The position numbers and the translations under genes are program-made. The notes beneath the pieces were generated by a model. It saw only the letters and a list, made by a program, of their open reading frames with translations, ran no database searches and was not told the origin of the DNA. Shown in pieces: positions 17,258 to 27,401 of a stretch of 30,808 bases of DNA (within the stretch, counting starts at the first letter, position 1; the number at the start of each line of letters is the position of its first letter). The stretch covers positions 1-30,808 of the forward strand of contig CAYRCW010000003.1 in the NCBI GenBank assembly GCA_964422895.1, given 5' to 3'. The stretch comes from an uncultured Planctomycetia bacterium (GTDB taxonomy: Bacteria; Omnitrophota; Gorgyraeia; Kaelpiales; Kaelpiaceae).

Positions 17258-17449
17258 TTAGATGTCTTAATTAGAAAAAGAGAGAGTATTTTTCAACTAA
17301 ATATCTTTATAATCAAGTAATCACCAATAATAACTCTAGATATAAACTGAAAAAAGAAAAGAAATTTTAAAGAACCTACTACTGCAAATAGCCTTCTAAT
17401 ATCTCATGCTGATATCGAGCAAGGTAAAAAATAATTTAAGAAAAAAACA

Positions 17450-19294
17450 TCAGCTAATTTTTAAATTTGCTTCTAAAAGTCCCCTGACAGAATTACCCAT
17501 AAAAATTCTATCTGAGCATTTAGCATCTTCAAGATTTAATACTCTTTCATAAACTCTACCGCTACTTAGTAATTCCCCTCTTAATACCCCCGGCAATAAA
17601 CCACATCTTAAAGGAGGCGTATAGAGCTTGCCTTCTATACCTAAAAACAGATTTGATATTGCACCTTCCGTAAGCTCTCCTTCTATATTCGTATACAGAA
17701 CGTCAAAAAACCCCTCTCTTAAAGCACTTTTTCTCTCTTCATTATAAATACCTCTTCGAGTAGTCTTATGGTAAAGATATACATCATTAGGATCTATTTT
17801 AATAGAGCTAATTTTAACCCTAACAGGACAGCTAATATTATCCAATATACTAAACTCTGTTTTAATATTGCCTTCCATGTCAAGTGTTAGCCTTACCCTA
17901 TAGCTATCTTCTTTGAATTCTTTTTCAATATTAGATAACTTTTCTCTAAAAATGCCCACATTTAAAGGGATCTGAAAATATAACGCTGAATTAGATATCC
18001 TGTTTATATGTTCTTCGATAAGATAATACCCTCTGCCTCTATCCCAACGTATGGTCTCTATAAGATTGAAATCAGAAAAATCTTTATTTAAAAAATCAGC
18101 TTTAAGAATAGCCTCTTTATATTCAGAATTATCTAAAGAATCGTATGTAATGCCGCCCCCGACACCCATTTCAGCTTTATCTTTATCCAGAAGAACAGTT
18201 CTTATTGCCACATTAAAGCAGGCTTCCCTCTCAGGTGATATATACCCAATTGAGCCTGTATAAACATAGCGCGGTTCTCTCTCTAGTTCTCTTATTATTT
18301 TCATTGTGCTTATCTTGGGAGCCCCAGTAACGGAACCCGATGGGAATAGAGATCGAAATAGTTCCTTATAGCAAACATTCTTATTTAAAACACTCTCTAC
18401 AGTAGAGACCATCTGATGTAAGGTGCGATATCTCTCTACTTGAAAAAGATTTCTAACTTTAACACTGCCTAAATCAGAGACTCTGCCTAAATCATTTCTT
18501 AATAGATCAACTATCATAAGATTTTCAGCACGATTTTTAATATCTTTAGCTAGCCAATTCGCTTTATTCTTGTCGTCTAAATTAGAAGATCCTCGAGAAA
18601 GAGTCCCTTTCATTGGTTTAGTCAAAATATTATCTTCAGATATTTTAAAGAAGAGCTCCGGAGATAAAGATATAATGCTCCTATTTCCTGTATTGATAAA
18701 TGCACTATATGAAGTTGGCTGATTTCTACGTAAATTAAGATAGAGACCTAAAGCACTACCTTTAAAATCAAATTTATATTTAAAAGTATAATTAACTTGG
18801 TAAGTTAATCCTTCTTCTATATAGTTTTTAATCTTAGCAATAGAAGCATCGTACTCCGTTTTTTTTACGTTTGGCTTAAAATTTGCCAATTCATAACTTA
18901 AGTCTAAATCTGCATCAGAAGATAAAGGCTTAGACATAAAATTATGATTTACAATAAGAGGGCTGCTGCTAACACCTAACCATATAAGAGGAAATTTATT
19001 ATTGAGTCTAGCTAAACCATTCAATGAATCCTCAAAAAGATAGCCTGCTTCATAGGAGAAAAAACCGCAAAGCCAAAAACCACTCTTTAAGTAATTTTCA
19101 ACTTTCGTAAAAAATAGATCTATGCTATCTCCTAGGTTGAAAACCAAAAAGTCTTCAAAGTTATGGAATAGAAAAGATCTTTGATCCTTACAAGAAGAAG
19201 AACTTTCGAGAAATACAAAAGGATTATTTATGATAGGGCTGATTAAAGATGCTACATTCTTCTCAGTAAAAGGAAAATTTTCGGGAATACACAA
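17450..19294 (-). CDS. pabB: Fused aminodeoxychorismate synthase component I / ADC lyase (PabB-PabC; TTG start)
   Basis: YQVNYT, SPELF, PMKGT, KNRAENLMIVDLLRNDLG, FPSGSVTGAPK, YTGSIG, FNVAIRT (chorismate-binding fold), followed by a class IV aminotransferase-like domain (EEHINRI, HKTTRR, GELTEGAISNLF, GLLPGVLR). Confidence 0.9.
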   Translation of the reverse strand: MCIPENFPFTEKNVASLISPIINNPFVFLESSSSCKDQRSFLFHNFEDFLVFNLGDSIDLFFTKVENYLKSGFWLCGFFSYEAGYLFEDSLNGLARLNNKFPLIWLGVSSSPLIVNHNFMSKPLSSDADLDLSYELANFKPNVKKTEYDASIAKIKNYIEEGLTYQVNYTFKYKFDFKGSALGLYLNLRRNQPTSYSAFINTGNRSIISLSPELFFKISEDNILTKPMKGTLSRGSSNLDDKNKANWLAKDIKNRAENLMIVDLLRNDLGRVSDLGSVKVRNLFQVERYRTLHQMVSTVESVLNKNVCYKELFRSLFPSGSVTGAPKISTMKIIRELEREPRYVYTGSIGYISPEREACFNVAIRTVLLDKDKAEMGVGGGITYDSLDNSEYKEAILKADFLNKDFSDFNLIETIRWDRGRGYYLIEEHINRISNSALYFQIPLNVGIFREKLSNIEKEFKEDSYRVRLTLDMEGNIKTEFSILDNISCPVRVKISSIKIDPNDVYLYHKTTRRGIYNEERKSALREGFFDVLYTNIEGELTEGAISNLFLGIEGKLYTPPLRCGLLPGVLRGELLSSGRVYERVLNLEDAKCSDRIFMGNSVRGLLEANLKIS

Positions 19295-19296
19295 AA

Positions 19297-20487
19297 TCAG
19301 TTTTTAAAAATTATTTTTCTGAATCTATGCTTACCTGCTTTAAGAATATACTCGCCGCGTTCTCTTAATTGAAAACTCTCATCTTCAACTCTTTTAGAAT
19401 CAATAGTAATAGCACCTTGCTTGATTAGACGTCTAGCATCGGAATTACTATTGGCACAACCGCTATTTACTATTAGATCTACTATCCAAATCTCACTCTT
19501 AATTTGATACTCTTCAATATCACTAGGAATCTCTCTGTTGGAAAATACTTTAATGAAATTATCTCTCTGTTTTTGAGCCTTATCTCTATTGTAAAGCATT
19601 GCCACAAGCTCCTCAGCTAATAGCAGCTTGGCATCACGTGCATCATAATTATTTAAATTATCCAAGTTAAGCATAGTAAGCAACTCTGCATACCTTAAAA
19701 TCAAGTTATCAGGTATAGACATTACCTTCCCAAAAACATCTTTAGGGGTATCTTCTATGGCAATATAATTGTCTAAGCTTTTAGACATTTTCTGCACTCC
19801 ATCTGTACCCTCTAATATAGGCAGAGTAATTATAATTTGAGGATTCTGTCCATAATCCCGCTGAAGTTCACGCCCTACGAGAAGATTAAACTTTTGATCT
19901 CTACCGCCTAGCTCTATGTCAGACCTTAAAGCAACAGAATCGTAACCTTGAATTAAAGGATACAGAAACTCTGTTAAAGAGATAGGCTTACCCTCTTTAT
20001 AGCGTAACATAAAATCATCTCTTTCTAAGATCCTGGCAATCGTATAATGAGAACTAAGTTCTAAGACATCCTCAAAATTCATCTTTTCAAGCCATTTGGA
20101 ATTTAGAACAACCTCTGTCTTATCAGGATCAAGAACTTTAAATATCTGCTTTTTATAGGTTTTGGCATTCTCTTTAGCCTCTTCCTTGGTAAGTCTAGGG
20201 CGAATCTCTTTCTGTCCAGTTGGATCGCCTATTCTAGCTGTAAAATCACCTATCAAAAAATAGACTTTATGACCTAAGTCTTGAAAATCCTTTAGTTTTT
20301 TAAGCAGCACCATGTGGCCTAAATGGAGATCTGGTGCACTGGGATCGAATCCTGCTTTAATGTTTAAAGGCTTACCAGAGCTATATGATAACTCTAATTT
20401 CTTTAGAAGCTCTTCTTCTGTTATGAGTTCTGTCAAGCCCCTCTTGATTACTTTTAACTGCTCAACAGGAGTGAGATTATTATTCAT
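19297..20487 (-). CDS. tyrS: Tyrosyl-tRNA synthetase
   Basis: [43 protein letters not shown]-terminal S4-like [13 protein letters not shown]. Start reassigned from 20508 to the ATG at 20487, which overlaps the rpsA stop. Confidence 0.97.
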   Translation of the reverse strand: MNNNLTPVEQLKVIKRGLTELITEEELLKKLELSYSSGKPLNIKAGFDPSAPDLHLGHMVLLKKLKDFQDLGHKVYFLIGDFTARIGDPTGQKEIRPRLTKEEAKENAKTYKKQIFKVLDPDKTEVVLNSKWLEKMNFEDVLELSSHYTIARILERDDFMLRYKEGKPISLTEFLYPLIQGYDSVALRSDIELGGRDQKFNLLVGRELQRDYGQNPQIIITLPILEGTDGVQKMSKSLDNYIAIEDTPKDVFGKVMSIPDNLILRYAELLTMLNLDNLNNYDARDAKLLLAEELVAMLYNRDKAQKQRDNFIKVFSNREIPSDIEEYQIKSEIWIVDLIVNSGCANSNSDARRLIKQGAITIDSKRVEDESFQLRERGEYILKAGKHRFRKIIFKN

Positions 20488-22324
20488 CTTTTTTTTCATC
20501 AGAATCATCTTCTGAATCTTCTTTAATCTCCTCTTCGCTAGAAGTATCTTCTATTTCTACTCCATTCTCAACCTCTATATCACTAGAAACCTCTTCAGGT
20601 AAATCTTCAGAAAAAACTTCTGTTGTCTCTTCTTCGTTTTGAACAGAATCAATACTCTCATCCTCTACTTCACCCTCTAAAATACTATTCTCTAAAATCT
20701 CCTCTTTATCTTCAGCATCCAAAATACTATCATTATCTTTTAAAGTCAGCCTTATCTGCTTTTTATCTTTATCGATAGAGAGAACAACAACCTCTAACTT
20801 GTCTTGAGGCTTAAATATATCTTGCAATGTGTCTGCTTTTTTTCCAACTTCTGAGATATGGAGTAAACCTTCTAAATCCTCTTCTAGCTGAACAAAGACT
20901 CCAAAAGGAAATACACTCGTAACCTCACCATTAAGTACAGTACCAGACTTATATCTCTCTTCTATCTGAGGCCAAGGATTAGGCTTAAGCTGCTTTAGTC
21001 CTAAAATAAGCTGCCTAAAAGAATTATTAATCCCTGTTATCTTGAACTCCAGCTTTTGACCTTTCTTTAAAATCTCATAAGCATGGTTTATCCTTCTAGT
21101 CCAAGAGAGATCATTCTTAGAGATAAAACCATCAATCCCCTCTTCTATCTCTATAAAAGCCCCGTCCTCATTAAATCCGGTAACTTTACCATTAACCATA
21201 GAATCTAATACATATTTAGACTCTATATCTTTCCATGGATCCTGTTCTAACTGTTTTATGCCTAAAGTTATTCTCCTTCTTTCTAAATCAACCGAGAGAA
21301 CTATGGCCTCTATCATATCTCCTATGACAAACATATCATGAGCATCTCTCATCTTTTTTGTCCAAGAGAGATCAGAAACATGGATAAACCCTTCAATCCC
21401 AGGTTCAAGCTCAACAAAAGCACCGTAAGGAAGTATATTTATTATCTTCCCTTTAATTTGAGAGCTCAGAGGAAACTTTTTACTTACCTCTTCCCAAGGA
21501 TCAGCGCTTAACTGCTTAAGACCCAAAGAGACACGCTGGCGTTCATCGTCTATATCTAAGATCTTAACTTTTATCTTGTCACCAACAGCTAGGAGCTCTG
21601 AAGGATGGTTAATCCTTCCCCAACTCATATCCGATATATGAAGCAATCCATCAACTACGTCTATCTCTATAAAAGCCCCATAATCGGTTATATTTTTAAC
21701 AATACCCTCAACTATATCGCCTGCTTTAAACTTATCTAATAACTCTTCTTTTTTCTGACCCATCTCAGCCATCAGAAAATCCTTGCGAGATATAACTACA
21801 TTCTTTCTTTTGATATTAATTGATACAATCTTACAATCTATTGTCTTACCTACCATAGAATCCAACTCAGGGATACCTTTTACCCCAACAAGAGATGCTG
21901 GAAGAAAAGCTTCTACTCCGATATTGACAATTAAACCGCCTTTTACTTTTTTCACCACTTTACCTTTAACAGCATCGCCTTCTTTATAATCCTTATTTAT
22001 CTTCTCCCATCCAAGAATCTTATCTGCTCTTCTCTTAGACAGCACAACTAAGCCCTCTTCATTCTCAAGACTAGAAACATAGACCTCAACCTCTTTACCA
22101 ACATCAACCTCAGATGTATCTAAAAACTCATCTTTAGGCAATATACCCTCTGCCTTATAATGTAAGTCCAGGAGTACGGTATTATTTTTAACATGCATAA
22201 TAATACCTTTTACGATAGAGCCCTCTTTCAACTGTTGAAAACTCTCCTCGTATAACCTATCAAGATTATCTTTAAAATCTTGCTCCCCACTACCAAAATC
22301 GTACTTCTCTTTTGCTTCTGTCAT
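20480..22324 (-). CDS. rpsA: 30S ribosomal protein S1 with long acidic C-terminal tail
   Basis: Six S1 repeats (e.g. [48 protein letters not shown]). Start reassigned to the ATG at 22324, which has SD GAGGTG 6 nt upstream; the track uses GTG 22333. Confidence 0.96.
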   Translation of the reverse strand: MTEAKEKYDFGSGEQDFKDNLDRLYEESFQQLKEGSIVKGIIMHVKNNTVLLDLHYKAEGILPKDEFLDTSEVDVGKEVEVYVSSLENEEGLVVLSKRRADKILGWEKINKDYKEGDAVKGKVVKKVKGGLIVNIGVEAFLPASLVGVKGIPELDSMVGKTIDCKIVSINIKRKNVVISRKDFLMAEMGQKKEELLDKFKAGDIVEGIVKNITDYGAFIEIDVVDGLLHISDMSWGRINHPSELLAVGDKIKVKILDIDDERQRVSLGLKQLSADPWEEVSKKFPLSSQIKGKIINILPYGAFVELEPGIEGFIHVSDLSWTKKMRDAHDMFVIGDMIEAIVLSVDLERRRITLGIKQLEQDPWKDIESKYVLDSMVNGKVTGFNEDGAFIEIEEGIDGFISKNDLSWTRRINHAYEILKKGQKLEFKITGINNSFRQLILGLKQLKPNPWPQIEERYKSGTVLNGEVTSVFPFGVFVQLEEDLEGLLHISEVGKKADTLQDIFKPQDKLEVVVLSIDKDKKQIRLTLKDNDSILDAEDKEEILENSILEGEVEDESIDSVQNEEETTEVFSEDLPEEVSSDIEVENGVEIEDTSSEEEIKEDSEDDSDEKKDE

Positions 22325-22334
22325 ACTGTTCACC

Positions 22335-23189
22335 TCATTTATATAGATTTTTGATTCTCTCTTTAACAGAATTTAAAAAATTATAAGGGGTTGAAGCCCC
22401 TGTTGCAATAGCAATATTGCTAGAGCACCTTATTTCTTCTTCAGGCAGTTCATCTAAATCAGAGATTAAGTAACTATCGCTGCACCTCTCTTTTGCTATA
22501 GAAAAGAGATTAGCTGTATTAGCGCTTTGCTTACTCCCTAAGACTAAAACCGTGTCTACGCTATCCGCCAAAGATCCAAGCTCTTCCTGTCTAGTCTTTA
22601 TGTCGGAGCATATTGTATTATAAAAATTAGCTTTTGGCAAACCTCTTTTAAGGAGTTGCCTATATATAGCCAATAAATCTTTTTCATCTTTAGTCGACTG
22701 ACTTATCAAGATAGACCTATCTACTGCTATTTCTTTACCTAAATCTTCTGCTTTTGTTATAACACTCGCTTTACCACTGCAATGATCCATTAAAGATTGG
22801 ACTTCATGATGAAGTTTATCTCCAAATATTATCATGCTATAACCATCTTTACTAAACTTTTGACATAGACCTTGTATCTTTTTAACAATAATACAGGTTG
22901 CATCTACGATTGCGATATTATTTCTATTTAAAAAATCGTAAACCGCTCTCTTTGTCCCATGACTCCTTATAACGACAGCAGAATTAGACAAGTCCTTATC
23001 TTTAAGTTCCAGTAAATCATCTATCACAATCAAGCCTTCTTTTTTTAAGTTAGAGACCACTGGCTCATTATGTATCAACTCTCCCAGACAATATACCGAA
23101 CTATAGCGCTTTAATGCATCCTGAACTAAATCTATAGCTCTCTTCACTCCTGCACAAAAACCAGAAGGTTCAACAATATTTATATTCAA
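22335..23189 (-). CDS. ispH: 4-hydroxy-3-methylbut-2-enyl diphosphate reductase
   Basis: GFCAGVKRA, IHN, SHG, DATC, HHEV, TIC...RQ, GSKQSANT, GASTP; the three Fe-S cysteines are retained. Confidence 0.93.
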   Translation of the reverse strand: MNINIVEPSGFCAGVKRAIDLVQDALKRYSSVYCLGELIHNEPVVSNLKKEGLIVIDDLLELKDKDLSNSAVVIRSHGTKRAVYDFLNRNNIAIVDATCIIVKKIQGLCQKFSKDGYSMIIFGDKLHHEVQSLMDHCSGKASVITKAEDLGKEIAVDRSILISQSTKDEKDLLAIYRQLLKRGLPKANFYNTICSDIKTRQEELGSLADSVDTVLVLGSKQSANTANLFSIAKERCSDSYLISDLDELPEEEIRCSSNIAIATGASTPYNFLNSVKERIKNLYK

Positions 23190-23773
23190 AGCTCTCTTAT
23201 CTTCTCCATAAGACTATCTGACATAGAGCCTAAATCATCTCCCTCTAAATCAGAAAATAACATCGGCCTCCCAAAAGAGACCTTTATCGGATAAGGACGC
23301 ATAATAAGACTATTAACACCCCAAGCCTTACCTGATCCACGTATCCTTGAAGGTACTATAAAAGCTCCAGTTGCTCTTGCAAGCCAAATTACTCCAGACC
23401 CTCCTTTCCCTATCTCTCCGTCTTTAGAGCGACTACCTTCGGGAAATATTACAAGAGCTTTACCAGCTCTTAAAATATCAAGAGCCTGCTTTATGGTGCT
23501 TTTAGATAGAGCTTCTCTTCTAATAGGAAATGCTCCTACATTTAATAACAACTTTGAAAAAAGACCTAGAGAAAAAAGTTCTTCTTTAGCCATAAAATTC
23601 AGAGCACGTTTTGAAGCCGCGCCAAGCAATATAGGATCTAAAAAACTAGCATGATTACTAGCTATTATAACAGCACCTCTTGGTGGAATATTATAATTAT
23701 CTTTAATATGAAAAAGGAACAGGAACTTAGCTATCAATAAACCTGCTAAACTTAAAAATCTATTGAGAACCAT
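23186..23773 (-). CDS. plsC: 1-acyl-sn-glycerol-3-phosphate acyltransferase
   Basis: NHASFLD (HxxxxD), FMAKEELF, GAFPIRR, FPEGSRS. Start reassigned to the ATG at 23773 (SD GGAG upstream); the track uses TTG 23785. Confidence 0.93.
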   Translation of the reverse strand: MVLNRFLSLAGLLIAKFLFLFHIKDNYNIPPRGAVIIASNHASFLDPILLGAASKRALNFMAKEELFSLGLFSKLLLNVGAFPIRREALSKSTIKQALDILRAGKALVIFPEGSRSKDGEIGKGGSGVIWLARATGAFIVPSRIRGSGKAWGVNSLIMRPYPIKVSFGRPMLFSDLEGDDLGSMSDSLMEKIREL

Positions 23774-24437
23774 CTCTATCTCCAAGGCTAGAGATTATTA
23801 AATCAACAACCTCATCTATAGTCATATCCGTTGTATCTATAACCATTGCATCATCCGCTTTTACTAGAGGTCCATGAACTCTGCTCTTATCGCTAAGATC
23901 TCTCTTAGAGAGATCTGCAACAACTTCTTCTCTAGATACATTCACATTACTGCCTTTCATCTCTTTATATCTTCTCTCTACCCTAATATCAAAATCAGCA
24001 TCAATATAAAATTTATACTTTGCACTTGGAAATACTACTGTCCCAATATCCCGCCCTTCTACAACTGCCCCATTTTTAGCTAACTCTCGCTGTTTTAATA
24101 CCATGATATTTCTAACCTCAGAAACTTCTGATATCCTTGATATATTATCGTTAACTAAAGGAAGTCTTATTTCGTCTGAAACATTTTTACCTTCTAAATA
24201 AACACTTGATTTTCCATCTTCGTAGAATAACTCAAGCTCTAGATTTTTAGCTATATTTAAAATAGCACTATCGCTAGACAGATCAACATTAGATTTAATA
24301 GCGGCTAAGGTAAGAGCTCTGTACATAGCTCCAGTATCAAGATAGCTAAGACCAGCTCTTTTGGCAACTAACTTTGCAATAGTACTTTTACCGGAACCAG
24401 CAGGACCATCTATTGCAATTACATCTTTTGTCTTCAT
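23760..24437 (-). CDS. cmk: Cytidylate kinase
   Basis: IAIDGPAGSGKST, YLDTGAMYRA, EGRDIGTVVFP, RDLSDKSR..GPL..ADDA..IDTT. Confidence 0.97.
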   Translation of the reverse strand: MKTKDVIAIDGPAGSGKSTIAKLVAKRAGLSYLDTGAMYRALTLAAIKSNVDLSSDSAILNIAKNLELELFYEDGKSSVYLEGKNVSDEIRLPLVNDNISRISEVSEVRNIMVLKQRELAKNGAVVEGRDIGTVVFPSAKYKFYIDADFDIRVERRYKEMKGSNVNVSREEVVADLSKRDLSDKSRVHGPLVKADDAMVIDTTDMTIDEVVDLIISSLGDRDGSQ

Positions 24438-25273
24438 TTGAGCTGCTTTCTCTTTGTAGCTGCATTAGCTATATGAGATCGAAGCTCTACTTCAAGGCCT
24501 TCCTCTATGAGCCTCTTATATTTACGTAACCTTTTAATATAACTATCTATATCTTTAACAATATTTTTTTTATTAGATAAGATAATATCACTCCAAATCT
24601 TGCTATCAGAAGCTGCTATTCTTGTTGCATCACGAAAACCACTAGAAGCAAGTTTTAGATCTTCCTTAGTTACGCTATCTAATAATGGATACATAAGAAT
24701 ATGAGGAAGATGGCTTACCTTGGAAAGCATCTTATCGTGAGTCTCTGAATTGAGGACAATAACCTTCGCCCCTAGGCTTTTCCAAAAAAACTTCAATCTC
24801 TTAATAACCACCTCTGGAGTCTTACTTGTAGGCGTTAAAACAACTATTCTATCTTTGAATAATTTTGGATCTGCATTTTCTATGCCTTTTTTCTCAGAAC
24901 CGGCAAGAGGATGAGCGCCAAGATATTTCTTAGGATATAACCTGCCCAGTTTAACTACTATCTCTTTTTTAGTGCTCCCAGCATCTGTTATTATAGCTTC
25001 ACTTGAAATAAAATTTTTAATTTCTATTCCAATTTTTATAATACTATAGACAGGTGTCGCTAATACGATTAAATCTGCACCAGAAACAGCTTTATTTAAA
25101 TCCCTATAGTAATTATCCAATGTATGATACTTTTTAGCTTTTTTCAGAGAACTATCTTTTCTAAAATAACCTACAACCTCTAGAGCAATCCCATTCTCTT
25201 TTATAGCCTGAGCTAAAGAGCCTCCTATAAGACCAGCTCCAATTATAGCTACTCTTTTAAACTTCTTATTCAT
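24434..25273 (-). CDS. tyrA: Prephenate/arogenate dehydrogenase
   Basis: GAGLIGGS Rossmann motif, TDAGSTK, GAHPLAGSE, HD...VSHLPH, SGFRDATRIA. Confidence 0.95.
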   Translation of the reverse strand: MNKKFKRVAIIGAGLIGGSLAQAIKENGIALEVVGYFRKDSSLKKAKKYHTLDNYYRDLNKAVSGADLIVLATPVYSIIKIGIEIKNFISSEAIITDAGSTKKEIVVKLGRLYPKKYLGAHPLAGSEKKGIENADPKLFKDRIVVLTPTSKTPEVVIKRLKFFWKSLGAKVIVLNSETHDKMLSKVSHLPHILMYPLLDSVTKEDLKLASSGFRDATRIAASDSKIWSDIILSNKKNIVKDIDSYIKRLRKYKRLIEEGLEVELRSHIANAATKRKQLK

Positions 25274-26283
25274 ATCTCTCTGCCTACAGCTTTAGCAACT
25301 GAGCCAATAAGATCCATCATCTTAGAATATCTATCTGGTAATAAAGACTGTTCGCCGTCAGAAAAGGCATCCTCAGGGCTGGTATGAACCTCTGTTATTA
25401 ATCCATCCGCTCCAGCGGCAATAGCTGCTGCAGCTGCAGGAGCCACTAAATTCCATTTTCCAGTACTATGCGAGGGGTCTACTATAACCGGAAGATGCGA
25501 TTTCTGTTTTATAACTGAGATAGCATTAATATCTAAAGTAAACCTTGTTGCTGTCTCAAATGTTCTAATACCTCTCTCACATAACATAACCTGAAAATTG
25601 CCTCCTGCAAGTATGTACTCAGCCGCCATTAAAAGCTCTTTTACAGTTGCACTTATACCTCTTTTCAAAAGAACAGGCTTCTTGGACTGTCCAATCTCTT
25701 TAAGTAACGCAAAGTTCTGCATATTTCTGGCACCAACCTGAATAATATCTGTATACTTCTCAAGCAAGCCTAAATCTCTCGGATCCATAATCTCTGTAAT
25801 AACAGCCATATCAAGATTATCGGCAATCTCTCTCAACATTTTTAAACCTTCTTCACCTAAGCCTTGGAAGCTATAAGGAGAGGTCCTAGGCTTAAAAGCT
25901 CCTCCTCTTAAGATCTGAGCGCCAGATGTCTTTATATGCTCGGCAATACCCTTCAGTTGATCATAACTCTCTATAGAGCAAGGCCCAGCCATATTGACTA
26001 TTCTTTTACCGCCGATAGAGATACCTTTTATATCTATTACCGTATTTTCAGACTTGAACTCTCTTGATACAAGCTTATAAGGAGCTAGAATAGGGATAAC
26101 CTTTTCAACTCCAGGAAATGCTTCTAGCGGTTGACTACGTAAAACATCTTCTTCTCCTATAACGCCAATAATAGATCTCTCTATACCTTTGGACACCATG
26201 GGGGTTAGACCCCACGCCTTAATCTTCTCTGTCAAATGCTCAATCTCTTCTTTAGTAATATCCGGTTTAAGAACAATAATCAT
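25270..26283 (-). CDS. aroF: DAHP synthase type I-beta with N-terminal regulatory domain
   Basis: MIIVLK N-terminal ACT/ferredoxin-like domain, AGPCSIES, RGGAFKPRTSPYSFQG, QVGARNMQNF, CERGIRTFE, VDPSH, EVH. Confidence 0.96.
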   Translation of the reverse strand: MIIVLKPDITKEEIEHLTEKIKAWGLTPMVSKGIERSIIGVIGEEDVLRSQPLEAFPGVEKVIPILAPYKLVSREFKSENTVIDIKGISIGGKRIVNMAGPCSIESYDQLKGIAEHIKTSGAQILRGGAFKPRTSPYSFQGLGEEGLKMLREIADNLDMAVITEIMDPRDLGLLEKYTDIIQVGARNMQNFALLKEIGQSKKPVLLKRGISATVKELLMAAEYILAGGNFQVMLCERGIRTFETATRFTLDINAISVIKQKSHLPVIVDPSHSTGKWNLVAPAAAAAIAAGADGLITEVHTSPEDAFSDGEQSLLPDRYSKMMDLIGSVAKAVGREI

Positions 26284-27386
26284 TTTTTAATCTCCTTTTT
26301 TAAAAAACATTCCAACAGTTTGATGAACAATGCATTCTCATTTTTAAGTCCAACAGTTACTCTTATATATCTGCCTAAACCCCAAACAGACATATCTCTG
26401 ACTATAACGCCGTTGTTCAAAAGATAACTTAGTAGTTCTTGAGCTCTATCTCCAATCTCAACAACTATACAATTGGTATATGATTTAATGTAATTCAAAC
26501 CAAGACGCTTGAACTCTTTAAAGAGATACTCCCTGTTTTCTCTGTTTAACTCAACAACTTTTTTAACAAAATTCTGATCATCTAAAGCGGCTAGTGCTCC
26601 AGCTTGAGCTAAAGAGTTAACGTTAAAAGGATCTCTCACTTTATTCATATATTCGATTATTCTCTTACTTGCTATACCATATCCAACCCTTAATCCAGCT
26701 AAGCCATACACTTTAGAGAAAGTCCTTGCTATAATAATCGGCCTATCTTCAATATGTCCAAATAAATTTGGATAATCATCTGTCTGCATAAATTCATAAT
26801 AAGCCTCATCATGAAAAAGAACGACATCGTCTGGCAATCTACTTATAAAATTTTTAAGCTCATCTTGAGATAGGTAGGTTCCACAAGGATTATCAGGATT
26901 TGCAATAAATATTATCTTAGTCTTATCTGTTACAGCAACTAAGATAGCTTCTAGATCGTATTTAAAATTATTCATAGGAACCACTTTCAACTCTGCTCCT
27001 TCTAATTTAGAATAGAGCTCATACATTAAAAACGTAGGTTTAGATACTATTACCTCATCTCCTGGCCTTAAAAAGGTTCTTAATGTTAATGCTATCAATT
27101 CATCAGAACCATTCCCTAATATAATATTATCTTTTTTAATGCTGTAAACCTCAGCTAGACGTTTTTTAAGATAAAAACAGCCTGATTCAGGGTAACGATT
27201 AATATCTGCTGCAGCTATTTTTATAGCTTTTATAGCTTTAGGTGAAGGCCCTAATGGGTTTTCGTTGGAAGCCAGCTTGTATATTTTTTTAATACCTAGT
27301 TCTCTCTTAACCTCAGCTATGGGCTTACCAGGCTTATAAGGCTTAATCTCTTTTACTATATCTCTTACAATATTTTCAATATCCAT
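26280..27386 (-). CDS. hisC: Histidinol-phosphate/aromatic aminotransferase
   Basis: YKPGKP, KLASNENPLG, GNGSDE, NPDNPCG, DEAY, RTFSKVYGLAGLRVGY (PLP lysine). Confidence 0.95.
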   Translation of the reverse strand: MDIENIVRDIVKEIKPYKPGKPIAEVKRELGIKKIYKLASNENPLGPSPKAIKAIKIAAADINRYPESGCFYLKKRLAEVYSIKKDNIILGNGSDELIALTLRTFLRPGDEVIVSKPTFLMYELYSKLEGAELKVVPMNNFKYDLEAILVAVTDKTKIIFIANPDNPCGTYLSQDELKNFISRLPDDVVLFHDEAYYEFMQTDDYPNLFGHIEDRPIIIARTFSKVYGLAGLRVGYGIASKRIIEYMNKVRDPFNVNSLAQAGALAALDDQNFVKKVVELNRENREYLFKEFKRLGLNYIKSYTNCIVVEIGDRAQELLSYLLNNGVIVRDMSVWGLGRYIRVTVGLKNENALFIKLLECFLKKEIKK

Positions 27387-27401
27387 ATAAGTATCTAGTT
27401 T

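Noticed and set aside
17285-17313. Plus-strand TATAAT at 17308-17313 as a possible antisense promoter
   Set aside because: No -35 at correct spacing and no extended -10 TG; expected by chance in AT-rich DNA.
17296-17403. 36-codon hydrophobic open frame on the minus strand in the intergenic gap
   Set aside because: No start codon with SD, and the hydrophobicity simply reflects T-rich sequence.
17350-17449. T-runs after pabB as intrinsic terminators
   Set aside because: No stable GC-rich hairpin precedes them.
22324-22337. Possible ispH-rpsA fusion by stop readthrough (such fusions exist in some bacteria)
   Set aside because: The ispH TGA (22337-22335) is out of frame with rpsA, and rpsA has its own SD and ATG.
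22335-23189. IspH substitutions (DATCII, HHEV, QST, SANT)
   Set aside because: All three Fe-S cysteines, the catalytic His/Glu and the Ser/Asn phosphate ligands are kept; this is ordinary divergence.
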